Below are positions 7,286-17,838 of a stretch of 32,000 bases of DNA, piece by piece. The translations under genes and the position numbers were made by a program. The notes under the pieces were generated by a model, which saw nothing but the letters and a program-made list of their open reading frames with translations, was not told where the DNA came from and made no database searches. Source of the DNA: Candidatus Nitrospira inopinata. Its GTDB lineage: Bacteria; Nitrospirota; Nitrospiria; Nitrospirales; Nitrospiraceae. Location: positions 1,740,001-1,772,000 of the forward strand of contig NZ_LN885086.1 in NCBI RefSeq assembly GCF_001458695.1, read 5' to 3'. Within the stretch, counting starts at the first letter, position 1. Each line of letters opens with the position of its first letter.

Positions 7286-7315
7286 TTGACTCTCTTTTTG
7301 GCGGTTTGTTAGACT
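7286..7315 (+). promoter_or_regulatory. Candidate sigma70-like promoter (-35 TTGACT, 18-nt spacer, -10 TAGACT) upstream of the NHL-repeat gene.
   Basis: Hexamers read directly in the 172-nt scpB-NHL intergenic region. Confidence 0.35.
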
Positions 7316-7382
7316 CCACAATCCATTTCTAAATCATTGAAACATCCGGTGTTTTTGAAATCGGTCGACCGGGCTCCATGAG

Positions 7383-10370
7383 GTGATGGCGGTGGCGAAG
7401 TCGTGGCTCTGGGATGAATTGTTCGGGCTCGGCCGTCGAGGGCTCATGCGGGGGCTCATGATTGACGGCATCCACAGTGAGTGGGGAGGGGGCGAGCCGG
7501 TAGCGGAGGAGGAAGCGCCGCCTCCTGCGCCGGTCAACGTCAAGGCCAAACCCGGAAACGGACGGGTGACGATCACCTGGGATCCCGTGCTGGATGCCAT
7601 GTATTATAACCTCTATTTCCAGACCACGAAGGGTGTGCAGATCAAGTTCTCGGAACTCACCCGTCCCATCGCGAGCGAAGAGGATTTCAAGACCGTCATC
7701 GGCGTCAAAAAGGAGAAGGCGGCTTGTTTGGAGGGCGTCACCAGCCCCTTTGTGCATGACGATCTCGCCAACGGCACCTGCTACCACTATGTCGTGACCG
7801 TGGTGACGCCCAAGGGCGAAAGCCCCGAGTCGCAGGAAGTCATGGCCGTACCCTCTCCCTATCTGTTGGCCATGGTGATCGGAAAAGAGGGCAGCGAGGA
7901 CGGGGAGTTCAACTCGCCGACCGGCATCGCGCTCGACAAGGACGGCAATATCTACGTTGCCGACACCGACAATCATTCCATTCAAAAGTTCGACAAGACC
8001 GGAAGATTTTTGGCCCGATGGGGCGGAGAGCCGAGCTCGCAGGAGGGGGAGTTTTATTATCCCCGCGGCTTGGCCGTCGGACCGGAGGGCGTTCTCTACG
8101 TGGCCGACAGCGGCAACAATCGGGTTCAGAAATTCGACTTGGAAGGCAACGTGCAAAAAGCCTGGGGAAAGTTCGGGTTCGCCTGGCGCGGAGCCGAGAT
8201 GGGAAAATTCGACGTGCCTTGGGGAGTCACCACGGATTCGGACGGCAATGTGTACGTCTCCGACACAAGCAACGCCCGCATTCAGAAGTTCCAGCCCGAC
8301 GGCCAGCCCCTGCTCAAATGGGGGCGCGACGGCAGTTTCGACGGCGCCTTTTTCTTCCCGCGCGGCGTGGCGGTCGACTTTGTCGGCAACATTTACGTGG
8401 CGGACGAAGGCAACCATCGGGTCCAAAAGTTCGACGCGAGGGGAAGCTTCTTGACCAAGTGGGGCCGAGAAGGAAGCGGGCCCGGCCAATTCAAGGCTCC
8501 GTGGGGCATCGCGTGCGACGCGTTGGGCAACGTCTACGTGGTCGACAGCGGCAACCATCGCATTCAGAAGTTCGACGGCAACGGAACGTTTCTGTGCGTC
8601 TTCGGAAATCGCGGACGGGCGGAAGGCCAGCTCAATTTCCCCTACGGCGTCGCCGTGGACAAGGAAGGCGCGGTCTACGTGGTCGACAGCGGCAACAACC
8701 GCGTGCTCAAGTTCGTTCCCACGGAAGAAGAGCTGAATCGAGGAAAAGAGGAGCCGGCGCAGGTTGTGCGGGACGATGCCCCGCCGCCGCGCAGCGTCGC
8801 GGCCAAGGCCGGGGATACCGAAGTGTTTGTGAGTTGGCTGGAGGTGCCGGGAGCGGTCTCCTACAATCTCTATTTCGGGACGGCGCCGCATCTGACGACG
8901 CAGAGCGCGACGAAGATCGAAGGCGTGACCAACCCCTATACCCACGGGGGCTTGACCAACGACGTCCCCTACTTCTACGCCGTGACGGCGTTGTTCGAAG
9001 ACGGAAGGGAAAGCTCCTTGTCCGAAGAAGTCACGGCGACGCCGGTGCTCATCGACATTACGGCGCCGCAGAATCCCTACGCCGTCATCAACCACGGCGC
9101 GTTCATGACCAATTCGCCGGAAGTGATGGTCACCATTTCGGCCAACGATATCGATACCGGCGTGGGAGCCTACTTCATCTCCGAGAGCCCCTTGACGCCG
9201 ATGGCGGGCACTCCCGGTTGGGTCGAGGTGGAACCGGCTCTGAAGTTCGGCGCGACGATCCCCTTCATCCTGTCCCCGGGTGACGGGCAGAAAACGATCT
9301 ACGTGTGGTTCAAGGACGTGGGCAACAACATTTCCACGCCCGCCAGCGCCACCATTCTCCTCAACACGTCCGGCTACGTGTGCGTCGCCAAGTGGGGAAA
9401 GCCGGGGCGGGGCGCCTCGCTGCTCCACGGCGGCGAATTCATGGCGCCGATGTACGGCCTGTGCGTCGATCAGCAGGGCTGTCTGTTCGTGGTCGACAAC
9501 GGCAACAACCGCATTCAGAAGTTCGACAACGCCGGGAATTTCATCATCCTCTGGGGCAATTTCGGATCGGCCAACGCCAATTTCCACAATCCGACCGGCA
9601 TCGCCTGTGACGGGAACGGCGACGTCTGGGTGGTGGATACGAACAATCACCGGGTTCAAAAATTCGACGGCAAGTTGGGCGGCTACCTGATGAAATTCGG
9701 CTCGCGCGGCAACGGCGAGGGACAATTCAACGCCCCGTGGGGCATCGCGATCGATCGCGTGCGGGGATTCGTGTACGTCGTGGACAGCGCGAACTTCCGC
9801 GTGCAGAAATTCGACATGAGCGGCGAGTTCATCATGGCCTGGGGGAGTTTCGGGAGCGGAGACGGCCAATTCTATTTTCCTCGCGGCATCGCCGTGGACC
9901 AGAGCGACGGATCGGTCTATGTCGTGGACATGGGCAACCATCGCATCCAAAAGTTCGACACCGGCACCAACGTGTTGCCGCAATTGCTGACCAAATGGGG
10001 CGGCAGTCCCGAAGCCGGGCATGCCAGCAGCGCGCTGGCGCGGGAAGCCGGACAGCTTCGATCGCCGTGGGGCATCGCCGTCGACCACGCCGGGGACGTG
10101 TACGTGACGGATACCGGAAACCATCGCGTGGAGAAGTTCGACCGGGAAGGAAACTTCATCACGCAGTGGGGCGGGTTCGGCAACGGGGGCGGGCAGTTCA
10201 ACTTCCCCTACGGGATCGCCGTGGACGCCAAGGGCAGCGTCTACGTCGTGGACAGCGGAAACACCAGGGTGCAGCAGTTCATGCCGGCCGAGGAAGGGAG
10301 CGAACGGCTTCAAGAGGAAGCCGAGACGATCGGCGAGATGGTTCAACGGCCCGAAGGCCGAGAGCCGTGA
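7383..10370 (+). CDS. FN3 / NHL-repeat protein with two six-bladed NHL beta-propellers, each preceded by an FN3-like module.
   Basis: Twelve copies of the NHL signature: [YV]V(A/V)D-x-xN-x-R(I/V)QKFD plus G-x-G-x-G-QF-x-P-x-G(I/V)A. Six lie at about 7878-8750 and six at about 9420-10300. FN3-like segments include GRVTITWDPVLDAMYYNLYF and TEVFVSWLEVPGAVSYNLYF. The exact start is uncertain (GTG 7383 or ATG 7386). Confidence 0.9.
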   Translation: MMAVAKSWLWDELFGLGRRGLMRGLMIDGIHSEWGGGEPVAEEEAPPPAPVNVKAKPGNGRVTITWDPVLDAMYYNLYFQTTKGVQIKFSELTRPIASEEDFKTVIGVKKEKAACLEGVTSPFVHDDLANGTCYHYVVTVVTPKGESPESQEVMAVPSPYLLAMVIGKEGSEDGEFNSPTGIALDKDGNIYVADTDNHSIQKFDKTGRFLARWGGEPSSQEGEFYYPRGLAVGPEGVLYVADSGNNRVQKFDLEGNVQKAWGKFGFAWRGAEMGKFDVPWGVTTDSDGNVYVSDTSNARIQKFQPDGQPLLKWGRDGSFDGAFFFPRGVAVDFVGNIYVADEGNHRVQKFDARGSFLTKWGREGSGPGQFKAPWGIACDALGNVYVVDSGNHRIQKFDGNGTFLCVFGNRGRAEGQLNFPYGVAVDKEGAVYVVDSGNNRVLKFVPTEEELNRGKEEPAQVVRDDAPPPRSVAAKAGDTEVFVSWLEVPGAVSYNLYFGTAPHLTTQSATKIEGVTNPYTHGGLTNDVPYFYAVTALFEDGRESSLSEEVTATPVLIDITAPQNPYAVINHGAFMTNSPEVMVTISANDIDTGVGAYFISESPLTPMAGTPGWVEVEPALKFGATIPFILSPGDGQKTIYVWFKDVGNNISTPASATILLNTSGYVCVAKWGKPGRGASLLHGGEFMAPMYGLCVDQQGCLFVVDNGNNRIQKFDNAGNFIILWGNFGSANANFHNPTGIACDGNGDVWVVDTNNHRVQKFDGKLGGYLMKFGSRGNGEGQFNAPWGIAIDRVRGFVYVVDSANFRVQKFDMSGEFIMAWGSFGSGDGQFYFPRGIAVDQSDGSVYVVDMGNHRIQKFDTGTNVLPQLLTKWGGSPEAGHASSALAREAGQLRSPWGIAVDHAGDVYVTDTGNHRVEKFDREGNFITQWGGFGNGGGQFNFPYGIAVDAKGSVYVVDSGNTRVQQFMPAEEGSERLQEEAETIGEMVQRPEGREP

Positions 10371-10395
10371 CGTCGGTCGATTGAGGAGCCGACGA

Positions 10396-10425
10396 CATGA
10401 CGGCGGGCCGTGGCGGGCCGTCATG
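10396..10425 (+). terminator. GC-rich hairpin (9-bp stem catgacggc/gccgtcatg, 12-nt loop) 26 nt after the NHL gene stop. It has no U-tract.
   Basis: Perfect inverted repeat read directly. It contains a perfect 10-bp tandem duplication ggcgggccgt x2 (10402-10421). A terminator function is only inferred. Confidence 0.3.
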
Positions 10426-10466
10426 ATCGTGCAATCGAGCGGAACGGGTGACCGTTCGAAGGAGTC

Positions 10467-11936
10467 ATGATGCTGGACAAGGAGCCGAGGCAAGGGTTGA
10501 CCTTCGACGACGTGGTGCTGGTGCCGGCCAAGTCCCAAGTATTGCCGAACGAGGTCGAGACCGGCACGTTCGTGTCGCGTCGCATCAAAATCAACATTCC
10601 TCTGGTCAGCGCCGCCATGGATACCGTGACCGAATCACGGTTGGCCATCGCGCTCGCCCGCGAGGGGGGAATCGGCGTGATCCATCGGGTCCTTTCGCCG
10701 TCCGATCAGGCGATGGAAATCGACAAGGTCAAGAAGTCGGAAAGCGGCATGATTCTCGACCCCGTGACGATTTCGCCGGATCAGACGATCCGCGACGCGC
10801 ACAACCTCATGGCCAAATATCGAATCTCCGGCATTCCCGTCACCAAGGGGCGGAAATTGGTCGGCATTCTCACCAATCGCGACCTGCGGTTCGAAAGCCG
10901 CATGGATCTGAAAGTGTCCCAGGTCATGAAACGGGAGAAGCTGATTACGGCTCCGGAAGGCACCAGCTTGGAGAAGGCGCGGGAAATTCTTCACGAGCAT
11001 CGTATCGAAAAGCTTCCCGTGGTGAACGACCAGTTCGAGATCAAGGGACTCATCACGATCAAGGACATTGAAAAGCGCATCAAGTATCCGAACGCCTGCA
11101 AGGACGAGCACGGCCGATTGCGCGTGGGCGCGGCGGTCGGCGTCGGCCCGGACACCGAAGAGCGCGTCGCCTTGCTCAAGAAGGCCGGCGTGGACCTGAT
11201 CGTCGTCGATACCGCCCACGGCCATTCGCAGGCGGTATTGGATACCGTCAAGATGATCAAGAAGCGGCACTCGACCGTTGAGTTGGTCGCCGGCAACATC
11301 GCGACGGCCGAGGCGGCGAAAGATCTGTTGAAGGCGGGCGTCGACGCGGTGAAGGTCGGCGTCGGGCCCGGTTCCATTTGCACGACGCGCATCGTCTCCG
11401 GCGCGGGCATGCCCCAGTTGACGGCCATCGCGGATTGCGCCAAGGCGCTGCGAGGAAGCGGCGTGCCAATCATCGCCGACGGGGGGATCAAGTTCTCCGG
11501 GGACATCACCAAGGCGCTGGCGGCCGGCGCGTCGTCGGTGATGCTCGGGGGGCTGTTCGCCGGGACGGAAGAGTCGCCGGGCGAAACCGTGCTCTATCAG
11601 GCGAGAACCTACAAGGTCTATCGCGGCATGGGGTCGATCGGCGCCATGGAGCGCGGCGGCGGAGATCGCTATGGGCAGGCGGGGCGCTCGGCTCAGAAGC
11701 TGGTTCCCGAGGGAATCGAAGGGCGGGTGCCCTATAAAGGTCCGCTGGCCGCGGTGGTTTATCAATTGGTCGGCGGGCTCAAGTCGGGCATGGGCTATTG
11801 CGGATGCAGGACGATCGCCGATTTGCAGGAGCGCGCGACATTCATTCGCCAGACGGTCGCGGGCCTTCGCGAGAGTCACGTGCACGACGTCATCATCACC
11901 AAAGAGGCGCCGAATTACCGGATGGATTGGGAGTAG
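10467..11936 (+). CDS. guaB: Inosine-5'-monophosphate dehydrogenase.
   Basis: [22 protein letters not shown]-terminus, a CBS pair region, the catalytic loop [11 protein letters not shown], and [32 protein letters not shown] at 10459-10464. The start may be the second ATG at 10470. Confidence 0.97.
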   Translation: MMLDKEPRQGLTFDDVVLVPAKSQVLPNEVETGTFVSRRIKINIPLVSAAMDTVTESRLAIALAREGGIGVIHRVLSPSDQAMEIDKVKKSESGMILDPVTISPDQTIRDAHNLMAKYRISGIPVTKGRKLVGILTNRDLRFESRMDLKVSQVMKREKLITAPEGTSLEKAREILHEHRIEKLPVVNDQFEIKGLITIKDIEKRIKYPNACKDEHGRLRVGAAVGVGPDTEERVALLKKAGVDLIVVDTAHGHSQAVLDTVKMIKKRHSTVELVAGNIATAEAAKDLLKAGVDAVKVGVGPGSICTTRIVSGAGMPQLTAIADCAKALRGSGVPIIADGGIKFSGDITKALAAGASSVMLGGLFAGTEESPGETVLYQARTYKVYRGMGSIGAMERGGGDRYGQAGRSAQKLVPEGIEGRVPYKGPLAAVVYQLVGGLKSGMGYCGCRTIADLQERATFIRQTVAGLRESHVHDVIITKEAPNYRMDWE

Positions 11937-12029
11937 TTTCGGTAAGGGGTTGGGAGGAAGGAGTGAAGGGTTCGCAATCCCGGCTCGTCCGCCCCTTACA
12001 GGTCACCCCTCGCCCCTAACCGCATCAAG

Positions 12030-13586
12030 ATGGAACTCTGGCACGATAGAATCCTGGTCCTTGATTTCGGTTCGCAATACACCCAACTGATCGCCCGCCG
12101 GATCCGCGAAGCGCGGGTCTATTCCCAGATTTTCCCCTGCACGGTGCCGCTGGCCACGATTCTGGCTTATCGGCCGCAGGGTATCGTGCTGTCTGGCGGC
12201 CCCTCCAGCGTCTATGAGAAAAACGCGCCGACCGTCGATAAAACGTTGCTCGATCAGGGCATTCCCGTTCTGGGCATCTGTTACGGCATGCAGTTGATCA
12301 CCCATCTGTCGGGCGGCGACGTTGCCAAGTCGGACCGCCGGGAGTACGGGCGGGCCGATCTGACGATCGACGACGCGGGCGGCCTGTTCAAGGGGATCGG
12401 GAAGGACGGTTCCACGGTCGTGTGGATGTCGCACGGCGACCGAATCGAACGGATGCCGCCCGGCTTTCGCGCCATCGCCCACACGGACAATTCGCCGATC
12501 GCGGCCATGAAGCGGGAGGATCCGAAACGACGGATTTATTGTCTGCAATTTCATCCCGAAGTGGCCCATACGCCGGAAGGAGCGGCGATCCTTCGCAATT
12601 TCGTCTTTGAAATTTGCGGCTGCAAACCGACCTGGACCATGCAGTCCTACGTCGAGACGGCCGTCCAACAAATCCGAGAACGGGTCGGGCGGGATCGGGT
12701 GATCTGCGCGCTGAGCGGCGGCGTGGATTCGTCGGTCGCCGCCGCGCTGACACATCGAGCCGTCGGCGACCAGCTCACGTGCATCTTCGTGGACAACGGC
12801 GTGTTGCGGGCCGGCGAGCGTCGGCAGGTGGAGAAGACGTTCGCATCGCAGATGCACCTCAACTTGCGCGTCATCGACGGCACGAAGCAGTTTTTGGCCG
12901 CTCTCAAAAACGTGACGGACCCGGAACGGAAGCGCAAGATCATCGGCCGACAATTCATCAAGCATTTCGAGGCGGAGTCCAAGAAACTGAAAGACGCGGC
13001 CTATCTCGTGCAGGGAACGCTCTATCCCGACGTGATCGAGAGCGTCAGTTTCAAAGGCCCGTCGGCGACGATCAAAACGCATCATAACGTCGGCGGACTG
13101 CCGGCGCGGATGCGCCTGAAGATCATCGAGCCGTTGCGGGAGCTTTTCAAAGACGAAGTGCGGGTGTTGGGGAAAGAATTGGGGTTGCCGGACGAGATTA
13201 TTTGGCGGCAGCCGTTTCCGGGGCCCGGGCTGGCGATCCGCGTGTTGGGGGCGGTAACGCCGGAACGGTTGGCGATCCTGCGCGCGGCCGAAGCCGTCGT
13301 CGATCAGGAAATTCGCGAGGCCGGTCTCTATCGAGATATCTGGCAGGCGTTCGCGGTGTTGTTGCCCGTTCGAACGGTCGGCGTCATGGGAGACCGGCGG
13401 ACCTACGAGCACGTCGTCGCGATTCGGGCCGTCACGAGCGTGGACGGCATGACCGCCGACTGGGCGAAAATTCCCGATGAGGTGCTGGGCCGGATGTCGA
13501 ATCGAATCATCAACGAAGTCAAGGGCGTCAACCGGGTGGTCTATGACGTCAGTTCGAAGCCGCCGTCGACTATTGAGTGGGAGTAG
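12030..13586 (+). CDS. guaA: GMP synthase (glutamine-hydrolysing).
   Basis: The GATase N-terminus is [27 protein letters not shown] with ...GICYGMQL and QFHPEV. The ATP-PPase P-loop is SGGVDSSV. The C-terminal end is KPPSTIEWE. Confidence 0.97.
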   Translation: MELWHDRILVLDFGSQYTQLIARRIREARVYSQIFPCTVPLATILAYRPQGIVLSGGPSSVYEKNAPTVDKTLLDQGIPVLGICYGMQLITHLSGGDVAKSDRREYGRADLTIDDAGGLFKGIGKDGSTVVWMSHGDRIERMPPGFRAIAHTDNSPIAAMKREDPKRRIYCLQFHPEVAHTPEGAAILRNFVFEICGCKPTWTMQSYVETAVQQIRERVGRDRVICALSGGVDSSVAAALTHRAVGDQLTCIFVDNGVLRAGERRQVEKTFASQMHLNLRVIDGTKQFLAALKNVTDPERKRKIIGRQFIKHFEAESKKLKDAAYLVQGTLYPDVIESVSFKGPSATIKTHHNVGGLPARMRLKIIEPLRELFKDEVRVLGKELGLPDEIIWRQPFPGPGLAIRVLGAVTPERLAILRAAEAVVDQEIREAGLYRDIWQAFAVLLPVRTVGVMGDRRTYEHVVAIRAVTSVDGMTADWAKIPDEVLGRMSNRIINEVKGVNRVVYDVSSKPPSTIEWE

Positions 13587-13785
13587 GGGGAGTGATGGGT
13601 GTCCGGATGGCTCCTGTGTTCAGGCCTCGCGCGCAAGATCCATTTGATTTTGATGTGTAGATCGATGTCCGTGCTCGAAGGGGAAAGAACGCATCTTGGC
13701 GCGTCCAGAGTGGGCGGGTGAGAAGGATGCGCGCAGTCGGAGCCGGTAGGGCTACTTCCGGTCTTGAGAGGAGAAGACGAAACGG

Positions 13786-14604
13786 ATGGAAGTCAGGCTG
13801 CAAAAACTCATCGCCGGGACCGGGCTTGCGTCCCGCCGCAAGGCGGAGCAACTGATCGCGGCGGGACGGGTCACGGTCAACGGGAAGATTGTCACGGAGC
13901 TGGGGACGAAGGTCGATCCTTCGCGCGACCACGTCAAGGTGGATGGAAAACATCTCCGCGCGGTCCAGCCGTTCGTCTATCTCATGTTGAACAAGCCGAA
14001 ACACGTCATGTCCACTCTGGACGACCCCGGGGGCAGACCGACCGTGAAGGACTTGCTTCGCGGGGTGTCGGTCCGTGTCTTTCCGGTCGGCCGTCTCGAT
14101 TTCGACAGCGAAGGCCTCATGCTGTTGACAAACCACGGGGCGTTGGCGCAGGCGTTGCTCCATCCTCGTTACGGGGTGACGAAGGCGTATCTCATTAAAG
14201 TGAAAGGCGTGCTGACCGACGATGAGATCCGGCAATTGGAGGAGGGGGTACGGCTCGACGACGGCATGACCGCGCCGGCCCAGGTGAAAAAAGTCGGGAA
14301 AGCGGAGCAGAATTCCTGGCTGGAGATCACGATTCGCGAGGGACGCAAGCATCAAGTCAAACGGATGTTGGAAGCGGTCGGCCACCCGGTCATTCGACTG
14401 ACGAGGGTCAAAATGGGCCCGTTGTCGTTGGGACGGCTGGAGTCGGGAGCGTTTCGGTTTTTGACCGATCGGGAAGCCAACGCGCTGCGGGCGTTGGTCG
14501 AGGAACGTGTCGAGATGGTTGAACGAGGAGGAGCGCCCGTTCGTCCGAAACGCCCTGTTCGACGAGAGGGCTGGGCCCGTTCGAAGAAAACGAAAGTGGC
14601 GTAA
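13786..14604 (+). CDS. rluB: RsuA/RluB-family rRNA pseudouridine synthase (S4 domain plus catalytic domain plus basic tail).
   Basis: The S4 domain is [31 protein letters not shown]. The catalytic Asp motif is [30 protein letters not shown]. The assignment to RluB rather than a paralogue is moderately confident. Confidence 0.88.
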   Translation: MEVRLQKLIAGTGLASRRKAEQLIAAGRVTVNGKIVTELGTKVDPSRDHVKVDGKHLRAVQPFVYLMLNKPKHVMSTLDDPGGRPTVKDLLRGVSVRVFPVGRLDFDSEGLMLLTNHGALAQALLHPRYGVTKAYLIKVKGVLTDDEIRQLEEGVRLDDGMTAPAQVKKVGKAEQNSWLEITIREGRKHQVKRMLEAVGHPVIRLTRVKMGPLSLGRLESGAFRFLTDREANALRALVEERVEMVERGGAPVRPKRPVRREGWARSKKTKVA

Positions 14605-16370
14605 TGATGAAGCTGCGGACACATCGGTGCGGGGAACTGACGAAGAGACAGGTCGGGCAGTCGGTGGTGTTGAACGGCTGGGTCCAGCGGCGGAGGGATC
14701 ACGGCGCCGTGATGTTCATCGATCTGCGCGATCGAACCGGTATCACCCAAGTCGTGTTCAATGCCGAGCACAACGCCGCCGTGCATAAAGCCGCCCATGC
14801 GTTGCGGAGCGAGTGCGTCGTGTCGATCGCCGGCCGGGTCATGGCTCGTCCGGAAGAATCCAAGAATCCCAATCTGTCCACCGGCGAGATCGAAGTGTTC
14901 GCCGACGAAGTGGAGATTCTGAACGAAGCCGACACGCCGCCTTTTCTCGTCGAGGACGAGGCCGAGGTGACGGAGGCCGTTCGCCTCAAATATCGGTATC
15001 TCGATCTGCGCCGTCCGAAGATGCAACGGTTGCTGGCCTTACGGCACGCCGTCGCGCAGGCCGCCCGAGGATTTCTCAACGCCAACGGCTTTCTCGAGGT
15101 TGAAACGCCCATCTTGACCAAGAGCACGCCGGAAGGGGCGCGGGACTATTTGGTGCCGAGTCGGGTCAATCCCGGTCAGTTTTTTGCCCTGCCCCAGTCA
15201 CCGCAGCTTTTTAAACAAATTCTGATGATCGGCGGCGTCGATCGATACTATCAAATCGCCCGCTGTTTTCGGGATGAAGATCTCCGCAACGACCGGCAAC
15301 CGGAGTTCACCCAGATCGACCTCGAACTGTCGTTCGTCGATCGCGAACAGGTGATGGACCTGATGGAACGGATGATCGTGACGATGTTCCGCGAAGCGGG
15401 CGGCGTGCAATTGCCGACGCCGTTCCCTCGCCTGACCTACGCCGAGGCGGTGGGACGCTACGGCTCCGACAAGCCCGATCTGCGTTTCGACATGCCGCTT
15501 TACGACCTGACAACGTTCGGCGCGGAGAGCCGATTCAAAGTTTTTCAAGAGGCGGCGGCGAAGGGGGGCATCGTCAAGGCGCTGATCGTCAAGGGCGGCG
15601 CCGCTTTATCCCGGACGAGAATCGACGCCTTGGGAGAAACCGCCAAGAGTTTCGGCGCCAAGGGATTGGCCTGGCTCAAGGTGACGGGAGAGGGCCAGTT
15701 GGAATCGGTCATCGCCAAATTTCTCGACGCGTCGGCGTTCAGAGCCGCCTTGCCGGAAGCCCGGGCGGGAGATCTGGTCCTGTTCGGCGCGGATAAGCCG
15801 GCCGTCGTGCACGACGTGCTGGGCCGGATCAGATTGCTGCTGGGAGAAGAATTGCAGTTAATCGACAAGACGTCGTGGAAGCCGCTTTGGGTCACCGAGT
15901 TTCCCCTGCTCGACTATTCGCCGGAAGAAAAGCGGTATGTGTTCATGCACAATCCCTTCGCCGCGCCGATGGAAGAAGACCTAGCCCTTCTGGATTCCGA
16001 TCCTTTGAAAGTCCGAGCGAAGGCCTATGACATGGTGCTCAACGGCAATGAAATCGGCGGCGGCAGCATCCGCAACCATCGGAGCGAGGTCCAGCTCAAA
16101 ATTCTTGATCTGCTCGGCATCGGCAAGGAGCAGGCTCAGGCCAAGTTCGGGTTCCTGTTGGAGGCGCTGGATTTCGGCGCGCCGCCCCACGGAGGGATCG
16201 CGTTCGGCCTCGATCGGTTGGTCATGTTGCTCGGCGGTGCCGAGTCCATCCGCGACGTGATCGCGTTTCCCAAGACGCAGCGCGCGCAATGTCCGCTGAC
16301 CGACGCGCCGTCGGCGGTGAACGCCGATCAGTTGAAAGAACTGCGCATCAAGCTGGATCTGGTCGAGTAG
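14604..16370 (+). CDS. aspS: Aspartate--tRNA ligase.
   Basis: [47 protein letters not shown] (OB fold). Class II motif 2 is [20 protein letters not shown] and motif 3 is [17 protein letters not shown]. The start overlaps the rluB stop (TAATG). Confidence 0.97.
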   Translation: MMKLRTHRCGELTKRQVGQSVVLNGWVQRRRDHGAVMFIDLRDRTGITQVVFNAEHNAAVHKAAHALRSECVVSIAGRVMARPEESKNPNLSTGEIEVFADEVEILNEADTPPFLVEDEAEVTEAVRLKYRYLDLRRPKMQRLLALRHAVAQAARGFLNANGFLEVETPILTKSTPEGARDYLVPSRVNPGQFFALPQSPQLFKQILMIGGVDRYYQIARCFRDEDLRNDRQPEFTQIDLELSFVDREQVMDLMERMIVTMFREAGGVQLPTPFPRLTYAEAVGRYGSDKPDLRFDMPLYDLTTFGAESRFKVFQEAAAKGGIVKALIVKGGAALSRTRIDALGETAKSFGAKGLAWLKVTGEGQLESVIAKFLDASAFRAALPEARAGDLVLFGADKPAVVHDVLGRIRLLLGEELQLIDKTSWKPLWVTEFPLLDYSPEEKRYVFMHNPFAAPMEEDLALLDSDPLKVRAKAYDMVLNGNEIGGGSIRNHRSEVQLKILDLLGIGKEQAQAKFGFLLEALDFGAPPHGGIAFGLDRLVMLLGGAESIRDVIAFPKTQRAQCPLTDAPSAVNADQLKELRIKLDLVE

Positions 16371-16373
16371 CCC

Positions 16374-17537
16374 ATGGCCGGCAATACGTTCGGCAGGCTC
16401 TTCACGGTCACCTCGTTCGGCGAAAGCCATGGGCCCGCGATCGGCTGCGTGGTGGACGGATGTCCGCCCGGGTTGGAACTGTCCGCATCGGATATTCAGC
16501 GTGATCTCGACCGGCGGAAACCCGGCACCTCGCGCCACGTCACGCAACGGCAGGAATCGGATACGGTTGAAATTCTCTCCGGCGTTTTCGAAGGAAAGAC
16601 GACCGGCGCGCCGGTCGCTCTCCTGATCCGCAACGAAGACCAGCGGAGTCGAGACTACGGCAATCTGATCGATACCTTCAGACCAGGGCACGCCGATTAC
16701 ACCTATTGGCAGAAGTATGGGATTCGGGATCACCGTGGCGGAGGCAGAGCCTCGGCGCGGGAAACCGCCGTGCGAGTGGCGGCCGGAGCCATCGCTAGAA
16801 AATGGCTGGCCCAGACCCATGGGGTCGTGGTTCGCGGCCACTTGACCCAGCTTGGGCCGATCGAGATTCCGTTTGAACGTTGGGACGCCGTTGCCGCCAA
16901 TCCCTTCTTTGCGGCGAACGACGGGATCGTCGGCACGCTCGAATCGTTCATGGACGAGCTGCGGAAGTCCGGCGATTCGGTCGGGGCGAAGATCAGGGTG
17001 GTGGCCGAGCGCGTGCCGGTCGGATGGGGAGCGCCTGTCTATGCGAAGCTGGATGCCGACTTGGCCGGGGCCATGATGAGCATCAACGCGGTGAAAGCGG
17101 TCGAAATCGGAGCCGGGTTTGCATCGGTGGCGCAGCGCGGGTCCGAACACGGCGACGAGCTCACGCCCGAAGGGTTTGTCACCAACCATGCCGGCGGCAT
17201 TCTCGGCGGGATTTCGACGGGCCAGGACATCATCGTCACGATCGGACTCAAGCCGACGTCAAGTATCCGCATTCCCCGCCGCTCGATCGACAAGCAGGGC
17301 AAGCCGGTGACGGTCGAAACGCAGGGCCGTCATGATCCCTGCGTCGGCATCCGTGCCACGCCGATCGCGGAGGCCATGATGGCGTTGGTGTTGATCGATC
17401 ACGCGCTGCTGCACCGCGCGCAAAATGCCGACGTAAGCACGAAGACGCCGAAAATCGCCGGCTCGTTGACGAGGGGCGCCGCATCCGGGAGCGAGAAGTC
17501 AGTCTCGAAGGTCAACCCTGATCCGTCCGAGGCGTAG
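16374..17537 (+). CDS. aroC: Chorismate synthase.
   Basis: [67 protein letters not shown] and GRHDPCVG signatures. It has a ~30-aa Ser/Lys-rich C-terminal extension. Confidence 0.96.
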   Translation: MAGNTFGRLFTVTSFGESHGPAIGCVVDGCPPGLELSASDIQRDLDRRKPGTSRHVTQRQESDTVEILSGVFEGKTTGAPVALLIRNEDQRSRDYGNLIDTFRPGHADYTYWQKYGIRDHRGGGRASARETAVRVAAGAIARKWLAQTHGVVVRGHLTQLGPIEIPFERWDAVAANPFFAANDGIVGTLESFMDELRKSGDSVGAKIRVVAERVPVGWGAPVYAKLDADLAGAMMSINAVKAVEIGAGFASVAQRGSEHGDELTPEGFVTNHAGGILGGISTGQDIIVTIGLKPTSSIRIPRRSIDKQGKPVTVETQGRHDPCVGIRATPIAEAMMALVLIDHALLHRAQNADVSTKTPKIAGSLTRGAASGSEKSVSKVNPDPSEA

Positions 17538-17614
17538 TCTTTCTCAGCCTCACCGCATTATCCTGCATGTTCTTGACCCCTTTTGCTCCCGTTCAGGAGG
17601 CCTTTGCCTCATCC

Positions 17615-17644
17615 TTTACATCGTTGCGAGCATCATGGTAAAGA
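17615..17644 (+). promoter_or_regulatory. Candidate promoter for the giant-ORF operon (-35 TTTACA, 18-nt spacer, extended -10 TGg-TAAAGA).
   Basis: Hexamers read directly in the 301-nt aroC-to-giant-ORF gap. Weak -10. Speculative. Confidence 0.2.
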
Positions 17645-17838
17645 TCGCTACCTGTTTCTACGTGCAGGGTGGATACCAAAAGAGAGGTAACGTCGGGTCG
17701 TGGGCATGTAGGAACGCGCAGCCCCGATTTCAGATCATCGGATCAAGGCGCCACCGCAGGTTCTAGTCAGTCGACGGCGGTGTTTGCTGAAATACATCTT
17801 CCTCGGAAAAGCAACGATTCGAGTGGGGAGGGAATACC

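Noticed and set aside
8018-9283. A 421-aa + strand alternate-frame ORF, plus other R/G-rich alternate-frame ORFs inside the NHL gene (7957-8454, 9280-9690, 9737-10384).
   Set aside because: Their extreme Arg/Gly composition is typical of off-frame translation of GC-rich genes, and they overlap a well-supported frame.
7329-10538. A 1069-aa stop-free ORF on the minus strand, longer than and fully antisense to the NHL-repeat gene.
   Set aside because: The translation is low-complexity (rich in H/V/A/D/R/G/P) and has no motif content. By contrast, the + strand frame carries 12 textbook NHL blades and FN3 modules. Long antisense open frames are expected in GC-rich repetitive coding DNA, so this is a shadow ORF.
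11943-11997. An 8-bp inverted repeat gtaagggg...ccccttac in the guaB-guaA spacer.
   Set aside because: A 39-nt loop and no U-tract. guaB and guaA are probably co-transcribed, so there is too little evidence to assign a function.
10635-17189. Minus-strand ORFs of 416, 469, 350 and 402 aa (10635-11885, 12003-13412, 13570-14622, 15981-17189).
   Set aside because: Each lies antisense to a confidently identified housekeeping gene (guaB, guaA, rluB, aspS/aroC). Their products are Arg/Gly/Pro/His-rich with no motifs. These are GC-driven shadow ORFs.
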